DNA of 64,000 nucleotides from Lama guanicoe (lineage: Eukaryota): NCBI GenBank assembly GCA_013239625.1, contig MU053934.1, positions 6,900,399 through 6,964,398 on the forward strand. Reading direction: 5' to 3'. A model generated the notes under the pieces. The model did not search any database. It was not told the DNA's origin and saw nothing but the letters and a program-made list of their open reading frames with translations. Below are positions 14,591-24,139 of the stretch, piece by piece. Both the position numbers and the translations under genes were made by a program. The stretch's first letter is position 1. The number at the start of each line of letters is the position of its first letter.

Positions 14591-14843
14591 GTGGCGAATG
14601 AACAGGAAGTACTTTCCCTTGTTTGTCTTAGACTTGCCACTTTCTGAGACTCAAAGGATGCACTTTAGTGTCCTTATTATAGGATGTAGTGCCCCACGCA
14701 TCGCCTTCATGACTTGGGGTTCTTGATCCTTTCCAGGCTCAGTGTCGTTATCTATAATCCTTCCCCCTGGGGGAGGTCGTCCATGTTCCCAATTTACACA
14801 TTCACTTGTTCACTTGTACAATAAATGTTAAGGCTGCTTGTGC

Positions 14844-15257
14844 TGTTACAGAAACTACAGGCCAGCCAAGAAACAAACACCACTCGGAGGGTTGGAGTAC
14901 TCAGATGTATTACACTGGCGGCCTCAGAGGGGCTTCTGCTCCGAAGCTCTGAGCACCTCCAAGACATGCACATGAGGTTTTATAGGGTAAAGTACAAGCT
15001 TGGGGTATTCAGCCAATAGGCGTGGAACAGCTTTAGCAGCATCATTATCACAAAAGTGGAGGCAGGGAGGCAGCAAACCAACATTCCAAAGCCAGATACA
15101 TATCTTTGAAAATCTAGCTGGCTAGCAAAAAGACATGAACAGCAAACCAACACTAATTAACTTAGATTTATGAGTTAGTCCAGCAGAACTCAGATCAGCA
15201 TTCCAATATTTAGATTTGTGAGTTATCTTGTTAGACCAGTCCGGCTTTTCCTTCACA
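14844..15257 (-). mobile_element. Solo LTR related to the provirus LTR, antisense
   Basis: Reverse complement runs TGTGAAGGAAAAGCC...TTTCTGTAACA and shares the R/U5 block (CTCAGAGCTTCGGAGCAGAAGCCCCTCTGAG) with the provirus LTR. 4-bp TSD GTGC at 14840-14843 / 15258-15261. Confidence 0.9.
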
Positions 15258-15393
15258 GTGCCAGGCCCTGCTGAGGACCCCAGGACAAGGTAGAAACATG
15301 GTGGATGCAGCCCAGCCTTCCAGAAGGACGTTAAACCACTAAACAGTCACCCCACCTGTAGCCCTACAGTGAGGGTCAGTGAGGACTCACTAT

Positions 15394-15814
15394 TGTGAGA
15401 TTCGGCAGGCCGGTGCTTGGGTGGTAAAAGAATTTACCAAAAACAAAGGATGAAAATAGAAAAGGAGTTTATTAGGTACACTCCATAGAAAACAGTGGGC
15501 CACAGAGATGAGAGGTGCCTGTGTGAGCCCCAAGGGTTGGTTGTTGAGGTCTTTCATAGGGGAGGGCATGACCTTGGGCACAAAGGGGGCCGCAGGGTGT
15601 ATGACCAGCTCCTGCACTATTCTCTGATTGGTTGATGTCAAGGTAACAGGAAAGGGAGGGGGACATGAAAGGGCAGGGCTAGGGATTTTGGTAGGGGGTT
15701 GTGAGGGTTCTGGTGGTCAGGCTTCCAGGCATTTGTATAGACGATCATGATCTCAGCTGAGGCAGATATGTATTAGGAAAGTGGTGCAGGAAAATGAATG
15801 TGAGGCTGTGCCTC
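15394..15814 (-). mobile_element. Older LTR interrupted by the provirus (continues at about 23409-23435)
   Basis: Has a TG terminus and minus-strand AATAAA at about 15468. The flanks rejoin across the CCTC TSD as ...CTGTGCCTCAGTTGAG... Confidence 0.5.
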
Positions 15815-16224
15815 TGTGAAGAAAAAGCCCAGCTGGGCTAACAAACTAAGTCACAAATCTAAATGTAACAAGTGTCGGATTACTGATCTGAGTTCTGCTG
15901 GGCTAACTCGTAAATCTGAAGTTTAGTGTCAGTTTACTGGGCTAACAAGCTAACTCGTAAATCCAAGCTCAACAAGTGTCAGTAACGTGATCTGTTCCGA
16001 ATTGATGAGCTCCAGTGTACTGATTCCTTGCTTTTTGTTGTTTGAGCCTTATTGGCTAATAGCCCTGTACTTGTAATTAACCCTATAAAACCTCATGTGC
16101 GCGTCTTGGAGGTGCTCAGAGCTTCGGAGCAGAAGCCCCTCTGAGCCCGCCGGCGTAATAAATCTGAGTACTCCAACCCTGTGAGTGGTGCTTGTTTCTT
16201 GGCTGGCCTGTCATTTCCGTAACA
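15815..16224 (+). repeat. Provirus 5' LTR
   Basis: TG...CA termini, ATTGG at about 16051, TATAAAA at 16084, AATAAA at 16157. Near-identical to 22994-23397. Confidence 0.95.
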
Positions 16225-16228
16225 TTTC

Positions 16229-16246
16229 TGGAGGCCCCAGCGAGAT
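16229..16246 (+). promoter_or_regulatory. Primer-binding site, tRNA-Thr
   Basis: TGGAGGCCCCAGCGAGAT is the complement of a mammalian tRNA-Thr 3' end (...ATCTCGCTGGGGCCTCCA) and lies 4 nt after the LTR. Confidence 0.85.
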
Positions 16247-17501
16247 ACAACCACGCCGGCCCCTTGAGCCGCTGGACTGGTGGCTCCGGCAGATCGGGGG
16301 ACAGGGCTCCGGCAGCGAACGAGGTGGCGCCGCCCGATGGTATTCCGGGTTCCCTTTCGTGACGGCAACTCGGCCCCCTGGGTGGCTGGGCTACAACCAG
16401 AGCCAGACTCCGTGGAGGGACGGACAGACTCACCAGGTGGCCGTCCGGACAAGGTAGGAACCCCCGGGAGAAATCAGGTCCTGTCCCAGTGGACAGAGGA
16501 GGAGGCGGATCCCCTCCTACAGGCTCTCCGTCTGATGGCATTTCAGACGGGGAAATCAGGTCAGGGATCAGGTCCCGTTCCAGTGGACAGAGGAGGAGGC
16601 GGATCCCCCCCTACAGGAAGCAGGATACTGGGATTGGTGGGAGGACTGTTGTTAACCTCTGTGTGTGTGTGTGAGTGAATGAGCGGCCTGTGAAGCATGC
16701 GATCAGGCTCGAGTTTGTAGCTCCATGGCATTCTGCTACAGAGTTCGAGTGAGTCCCAACCTGCGGTTCCGTGGTGACCTCATACGGCTCAGGGCGGTAT
16801 CGGTCCCTCAGGGTCCCGATCAGAGTCAGAGGCTTATACTGACCCGCCAAAGCTAAGAGGCATCTTCGTCCCCGCAAGGGGAGTGGCCAGGTGGACGCAA
16901 CGAAAACCCTCCCTTGTCTTGTCTGCGACACCAGCACAGGGTGGCTACACTGGGAGGGAAAAGGACATAGACAGCCAATGAGTCAACGCCCCGCTGCCCT
17001 CGGAGGCTAAGATGCTATTTCTTTGAAAAAGTCTCCTACCTGATTCTGTCACAAAACACCTGAGACTTATTGTTCCCCTACTGAACTGACCCAAGTAGTG
17101 CCCCTTTTGCCTAGACTCAGACCCCCAGGACTCAAGTTTAGAAGACGAATTCCTTCAGGACCGGGCTCACCCGGCCTCGGAGGTCCCTTTTTCAGTCCAT
17201 TTGTTTTACCATCTGTCGTCAGTCCCACGCCCCTGATACGTTAGTTCAAAATATAGAGAAAATTTAATTTAAAAAGTCCCTGAAACTGCTTGAGGCTTTG
17301 AGATCCAGAGACATCAGCTGTGACTGGAACCCAGAGTCCCTGACCAAATTAGCCTTCAAACAATTCATAGACGAAGCAAGAGAGCAGTCTCTCTGGGAAC
17401 TCCGGTGTTTTAAAGAGTAAAAAAAAAAAAAAAAAGATATAAAGGCTACCTTCCTAAACATCTAAAGCAACAAAACTATTATCCTTAAACATCTAAAAGG
17501 A

Positions 17502-17852
17502 ATGGGAGGCTCTAAGTCAAAACCCACCACTCTAGACTACATGATTAAAAATTTCAAAAAGGGGTTCTCAGGAGACTGTGGAATTCAAATGACCCCCGGC
17601 AGGCTCCGCACTTTGTGTGAGCTTAAATAGACGGCCTCTGGAGTCAGGTGGCCCTCAGGAGGAACTCTGGACCTAGCAACAGTGCGAGCAGTCTATCAAA
17701 TAATCACTGGAACCCCAGGCCACCCAGATCAATTCCCTTACATTGACTCCTGGCTAAATATCGCCCAGACTCTACCCCCATGGATTCGGGTTTGCTCAAA
17801 TGGACCTGGACAATACAAGATATTAGCAGCTCAGCCGGTCCAGGCCAAAATG
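17502..17852 (+). pseudogene. gag: ERV gag remnant (matrix only)
   Basis: MGGSKS myristoylation-type start, WPSGGTLD and GHPDQFPYIDSW...PPWI gamma MA motifs. In-frame TAG at 17628. CA/NC/PR are absent. Confidence 0.9.
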
Positions 17853-20333
17853 ACAGTCAAATACTTGGGATTTATTATCTCAGAGGGACACCGAGCCCTA
17901 GGACCAAAACGAAAACAAGTTATTTGCACCATACCCAGACCGGAAACAAAAAAAAAAACTGCAAGAGTTACTGGGCACAGCTGGGTTTTGCCGGATCTGG
18001 ATCCCCGGGTTTTCAAAAATAACCAAGCCCCTCTACCAAGCAACTGCTGGATCAGGAAAAAAAAACCCTCAAATGGGAAACTAAACAAAAAAATGCCTTT
18101 AGGCAATTGAAGGAACTACTAACTCAAGCTCCGGCACTAGGCTTACCAGATGTAACATGAGAGTTTAATCTGTTTGTACATAAAAGAGACCAAACTGCTC
18201 TTGGAGTCCTAACTCAAAATATGGGGCCATGACAGCGACCTGTGGCCTATTTATCTAAAAGACTAGACCCTGTATCATCAGGATGGCCACCCTGTTTACG
18301 AGCCCTCGCTGCCACAGCCCTCCTGGTCAATGAGACAGACAAACTCACGCTGGGACAGACTTTAAATGTAAAAGTTCCCCATTCTGTGGTGGCCCTGATG
18401 AACGGCCCAGATTATAAATGGATAACTAACACAAGGATGACCCACTGCCAGGGGCTTCTGTATGAAAATCCAAGAGTCCGTCTAGAGACTGTGCAAACCT
18501 TAAGCCCAGCCACAGATTTGCCTGGGGGGGAAGGGCAGCCTGACCATGACTGCAAAAAAAATCATCAAAGAGGTGTATGCAAGCAGGCCTGATCTAACCG
18601 ACAAGCCCCTGCAAAACCCAGACCTGGAACTTTTCACAGACGGCAGCAGTTACATGCAAGATGGACAACGGCGAGCAGGTTACGCTGTAACAACAACCCG
18701 AGAGGTAATAAAGGCAGAGTCCCTTCCCCCAGGATGGTCTGCTCAACGAGCAGAGGTCTGGACACTGGTCCAGACACTAAAAAAAGGAAAAGAAAAACGA
18801 GTCAATATATACACCGATTCCAAATATGCATTTGCAACCTTACATGTACATGGAGCCATCTATAAGGAGAAAGGACTTTTGACTGCTGGGGGAAAAGAAA
18901 TCAAAAACAAAGAAGAAATTTTACAGTTACTGGAGACAGTATGGGATCCAAAGAAAGTGGCCGTTATTCACTGTAAGGGACACCAAAAAAAAAATGACCC
19001 TGTGAGCCAGGGGAACAGGCTAACTGATCAAAAAACAAGAAAAGCAGCCGCCTGGAAACACTCAGTAATTAAAGTTATGACAGCACCACAGCTACCCACT
19101 GCCCCAAAATATAGCCACGACGAAAACAAGTGGGCACAGGCTAAACGAGGGAAAAAAAAAGGACGGATGGTGGATCATGACGGATGGAAGGGTTTTCATC
19201 CCAGAACGACTAGCTTATCGTCTAGTCCAACAACAACACAAAGCCACACATATGGGAAAAACGGCTTTAGAGGCCCTCTTAAAGCGTTATTTCCTAACTT
19301 CTCGTCTCCCTACTCTGTGTGCATCAGTTTCCCAACGCTGCTTGCTCTGTGCACAAAACAAGCCAAAACAAGGGCTAACTGGGCCAATGGAAATACAACG
19401 ATGCAGATTGGCTCCCTTTGAAGATTTAAAAGTGGACTTTACTGAACTTGGACCCAGTAAGAGATATAAGTACCTGCTGGTTTCATCTGCACCTTCACAG
19501 GGTGGGTAGAGGCCTACCCCACCAGGACAGAAAAAGCAAGGGAAGTGACAAAGTCTCTCCTCAGGGATGTTATCCCTTGATTTAAAATGCCTGCCTCCAT
19601 CGGGTCTGACAATGGACCCGCCTTTGTGGCAAAAATTGTACAGCAAGTGACAAAGACACTGAGCATCCACTGAAACCTGCACACAGCATACCGGCCTCAA
19701 AGCTCAGGAAAGGTAAAACAAATAAACAAAACTCTAAAACAAATGATAGCTAAAATCAGCCAAAAAACCCCAGCTCCCCTGGGTGGACATTCTACCCCTG
19801 GCTCTGTTGCGTATTAGATGCACCCCAAGATTTAATATTGGGTACTCTCCCTTTAAAATCCTCTATGGGCGACCGCCACCTTTAGTCTGGATAAAAAAAC
19901 CCCACCCCAAAAATAGAAAATTTAGGGCTCCACCAACAACTGTTGGAACTAGAAAAAGTACTACGAGAAGTTTGGGGTTGGGTGATTAAAAAAAAAAACC
20001 ATTTCATTAGGGGTCCAAGTGCATCCCCATAAACCAAGTGACCAGGTATGGGTAAAGGATTGGAAAAAAACACCTCTCAAACCAACATAAAAGGGACCAT
20101 ATTTAGTGGTATTAACTACTCCTACAGCTGTTAAAGTTGCAGAAATCATACCTTAAATCCACCACTCCAGGGTCAAGAGAGTGACTGCACCTCAGATGGA
20201 GGGTCCGTAAAAAATTGAGAGTGTCCCGGGAGACCCGCTCAAAATCAAGATCAAGAGTGACCGAAAAAGGATCTACGAGCCCTGCTCTAGCCACACCCGG
20301 AAGCTGACTAGTCCACACAGGGCCAAAGCCTGA
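17853..20333 (+). pseudogene. pol: ERV pol remnant (RT C-terminal part, RNase H, integrase)
   Basis: VKYLG, PVAYLSKRLDPV, FTDGSS, IYTDSKYAF, HKATHMG..C..C, VDFTE, SDNGPAF, HTAYRPQSSG and KGPY motifs. Multiple stops and frameshifts. Confidence 0.93.
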
Positions 20334-21283
20334 GGATCTACGAGCCAAGCCCTGCTCTAGCCACACCCTGAAGCTGACTAGTCAACACACGGCCAAAGCC
20401 TGAGGATCGACGAGCCGAGCCCTGCTCTAGCCACACCCGGAAGCTGACTAGTCAACACACGGCCAAAGCCTGAGGATCGAGGAGCCCTGCTCTAGCCACA
20501 CCCAGAAGCTGACTAGTCAACACACGGCCAAAGCCTGAGGATCAACGAGCTCTGCTCTAGCCACACCCGAAAGCTGACTAGTCAACACACGGCCAAAGCC
20601 TGAGGATCGACGAGCCGAGCCCTGCTCTAGCCACACCCGGAAGCTGACTAGTCAACACATGGCCAAAGCCTGAGGATCGTCCAAAGCCTGAGGATCGAGG
20701 AGCCCTGCTCTAGCCACACCCGGAAGCTGACTAGTCAACACACGACCAAAGCCTGAGGATCGACGAGCCGAGCCCTGCTCTAGCCACACCCGGAAGCTGA
20801 CTAGTCAACACACGGCCAAAGCCTGAGGATCTACGAACCAAGCCCTGCTATAGCCACACCTGGAAGCTGACTAGTCAACACATGGCCAAAGCCTGAGGAT
20901 CGAGGAGCCCTGCTCTAGCCACACCTGGAAGCTGACTAGTCAACACATGGCCAAAGCCTGAGGATCGGCCAAAGCCTGAGGATCGAGGAGCCCTGCTCTA
21001 GCCACACCCGTAAGCTGACTAGTCAACACACGGCCAAAGCCTGAGGATCGAGGAGCCCTGCTCTAGCCACACCTGGAAGCTGACTAGTCAACACATGGCC
21101 AAAGCCTGAGGATCGGCCAAAGCCTGAGGATCGGCCAAAGCCTGAGGATCGAGGAGCCCTGCTCTAGCCACACCCGTAAGCTGACTAGTCAACAACACAC
21201 GGCCAAAGCCTGAGGATCGACGAGCCGAGCCCTGCTCTAGCCACACCCGGAAGCTGACTAGTCAACACACGGCCAAAGCTTGA
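20269..21283 (+). repeat. Tandem minisatellite inside the ERV, 14 units of 65/70 bp plus 18-bp subrepeats
   Basis: Unit GGATC..GAGCCCTGCTCTAGCCACACCCGGAAGCTGACTAGTCAACACACGGCCAAAGCCTGA. I counted 14 copies of GCTGACTAGTC. Confidence 0.95.
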
Positions 21284-21470
21284 GAAAAGCTCAACACAGC
21301 TGTTAAATGTATTTCTTTAGTGCTCCCTTGCCTCTTTCCTTATTTGCTATACCAGTCTGCGTACTAGCAGTGGGGCTAGCTAGCGTCGCCCCACCTGACT
21401 AAAACATAGGCCATAAAATCCTAATAGCTATTTTATATCTTGTTACAATTAGTGCCATCACCGCAGCATC

Positions 21471-22975
21471 ATGTCTAAAATAATCATAAGGCTGATGCTA
21501 CTGACGCTAATGCCCTCACTCCCCTTGGCTGCACAATGCACCTGCACGAAACCGGGTGACAGGTGGTCCATGTACCGGCCTGTATTTTCAGTTTATACTT
21601 ATCAGCCGAGTCAATGCTATGACTCCACTTCAGATACACATATCAGGAAAAATCCTACTGGATTGACACAATTAAGGCTTATTATGTATCTAACATCAAA
21701 TGCTATGGCACACCCGGCAAGCTGGTGTGCTGGACCAAGCAAACACATTATGGGATGAGTGATGGAGGAGGGGTACAGGACCAGGCATGCCGGCAAGCAG
21801 TCCAACAAAAAGTCCAGAGGCAATACCAAAAGTTATTACCTACCCGAAAGCCAATAAAACTTCCATCTTTAGCCGAGCCTCGGGATCTGAATCCACAAAT
21901 AAATGGGCTGTTAGCCACAGTCTATGGGATTCTCAATCATTCCAATCCAGACCTGGCTAAAGATTGCTGGCTATGTTTGCGTCCTGGCCCCATCCAGCAC
22001 CTGGCTTTACCTCTGACAAACCTCACTAAGACTTTCACCACAACTCATAGCGATGCCGTTTCTACCACTAGGAATTCCAGGCTGAACTGGGTACAGCTCG
22101 CCTACAAGGCACCAAAATATTATTTCAACAATGGAACTAACCCTTTAGAGGATCTAATCTAACTATAAATCAATGTATTAAAACCTCTCACTGTGGGTCT
22201 AGGGTGCCAACCCACACAAGGATGGTGTTCTAATAATGGGACTTATTTTGTGTGTGACAAATTTGCCTACCGGTGCCTCCCTGCCGGATGGACAGGGTTG
22301 TGTGCTTTGGCTTATCTCACTCCCCAAATAGACATTATACCTAATAATCAAAGTCTGCCCATCCCTATCATAACTCACCAGCATCCACGGAGATAAAACA
22401 AGCTATACAATTGATTCCCCTTGCTAGTGGGGCTCGGAGTGGCAACAGGGGTAGGTGCAGGCATCAGTGGCATCACCTCTTCATCTTATTACTATTATCA
22501 GCTTACAGGTAAATTCAGCCACGATCTCCAACAAATAACAGAAACCCTGAAAACTGCAAAATCAGATTAACTCTCTGGCTGAGGTGGTCTTACAAAACAG
22601 GAGGGGTCTGGACTTACTCACGGCCAAAGAGGGGGGACTATGCCTCTTCCTAAACAAAAAATGCTGTTTTTATGCCAATCAATCAGGAATTGTCCAAAAA
22701 AATGGTTCAAGAGTTACAAGACCGAGTAAAAAAAAAAACTTATTTTAGATAAGAGCCCATAGACAGGCTCCTGGGGCTGGACCTCCTGGCTGGCACCGTT
22801 CATAGGTCCCTTACTCCTGATTTTTGCAGTTCTGCTATTTGGGCCCTGTGTCCTAGACTTCCTGACCCGTTTTGTCAGTGAGCAAATAGAGGCTATAAAA
22901 CTTTAGATGTTAGCCTCCAATTATAAACCCCTGCAACAGGTAAATGATGATGCTTACTCCAACAAGGGTTGTAAA
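21471..22975 (+). pseudogene. env: ERV env remnant (gamma-type SU/TM)
   Basis: Signal-peptide-like start, [35 protein letters not shown] (22590), CX6CC (22641-22667), TM ...LLFGPC. Frameshifts and stops present. Confidence 0.92.
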
Positions 22976-22981
22976 AGCATC

Positions 22982-22993
22982 AAGAGGGGGAAA
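22982..22993 (+). other. Polypurine tract
   Basis: AAGAGGGGGAAA immediately before the 3' LTR. Confidence 0.85.
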
Positions 22994-23404
22994 TATAAAA
23001 AAAAAAGCCCAGCTGGGCTAACAAACTAAGTCACAAATCTAAATGTAACAAGTGTCGGATTACTGATCTGAGTTCTGCTGGGCTAACTCGTAAATCTGAA
23101 GTTTAGTGTCAGTTTACTGGGCTAACAAGCTAACATGTAAATCCAAGCTCAACAAGTGTCAGTAACGTGATCTGTTCCGAATTGATAAGCTTCAGTGTAC
23201 TGATCCCTTGCTTTTTTGTTGTTTGAGCCTTATTCGCTAATAGCCCCGTACTTGTAATTAACCCTATAAAACCTCATGTGTGCGTCTTGGAGGTGCTCAG
23301 AGCTTCGAAACAAAAGCCCCTCTGAGCCCGCCGGCGTAATAAATCTGAGTACTCCAACCCTGTGAGTGGTGCTTGTTTCTTGGCTGGCCTGTCATTTACT
23401 CAGG
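22994..23404 (+). repeat. Provirus 3' LTR (G-to-A edited, aberrant end)
   Basis: Matches the 5' LTR to 23397. The terminal CCGTAACA is replaced by ACTCAGG before the TSD. Confidence 0.93.
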
Positions 23405-23437
23405 CCTCAGTTGAGTCCCTGGGACATGCCCCACCAA

Positions 23438-23950
23438 GTGTGGGTCCTTGGCTTCTTGCAGGAAAGAATTCAAGAACAGGCCACAGAGAGATACATAGTC
23501 TATAGAGTACAGGCTGTTTCAGACAGCAAGAGAAAGGAAAGAAAGGTGTGAGGGTTGGGTGCTTAGTTTACAGTAAAAGTAGTTACACACCCCATAGTCA
23601 GAGTGCGATCTGTCTTAGAACGGAGAGTGGCCACAAGGTGCGGGGGGTTGTTAGTTTGTATGGGCTCAGTAACTTTATATGCTCACAAGTGGGAGGATTA
23701 TTCCAACTACTTTGGGGAAAGGGATCGGACTCCCAGGAACTGGGCCACTGCCCACTTTTTGACCTTTTATGTTCAGCTTCGGTACTATCTCGGTGCCTGT
23801 GGGAGAGCCACTTACCATGTTAATAGATTACAATGAGCCTATAAGGATGCTCAAGTTCTCCAGGTCTGGAAGTCAAATCTCCCACCATTTTGGGCCTTGA
23901 TGTTAATTGCTGTTGTTTCTTGAATGGCTGTGCTCTGCCCGCTTCCTTCC
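23438..23950 (-). mobile_element. Probable older ERV LTR fragment
   Basis: TGTGGGTCCTTGGCTTCTTGCAGGAAAGAATTCAAG...CCACCATTTTGG resembles antisense ERV1 LTRs. Boundaries uncertain. Confidence 0.4.
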
Positions 23951-24139
23951 TATGGTGAAAGGAATGTTCTTTGTTATATTCAAAGGGCAGCAGCCAGGTG
24001 CCTGAGGGAACCTGAACAGATGTCCAGGGATCCCACACTCACCAGGTGCCCTGCCCGCTGCGGCTGCTCCCTGGGCCTTCACCATCTCCTGGTCCCCCAC
24101 AGGGGCAGGGGTGGCCATGGGGACTGTCCAAAGGTCAGG

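Larger units (their letters stand above)
15815..23404 (+). mobile_element. Class I (gamma-like) endogenous retrovirus, defective, tRNA-Thr primed
   Basis: Paired LTRs, PBS, gag MA, partial RT-RNaseH-IN, env and PPT. CCTC TSD at 15811-15814 / 23405-23408. Confidence 0.97.

Noticed and set aside
18546..19421. 291-aa ORF as a functional gene
   Set aside because: It is an RNase H fragment between frameshifts in A-runs, and its C-terminus is out of frame with integrase.
20269..21283. CRISPR-like array (regular palindromic repeats)
   Set aside because: There are no unique spacers because the whole unit repeats. No cas genes are present, the context is mammalian, and the unit derives from the ERV pol terminus.
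21471..22975. Domesticated syncytin
   Set aside because: The env is broken by several frameshifts and stops, and the furin site region is degraded.
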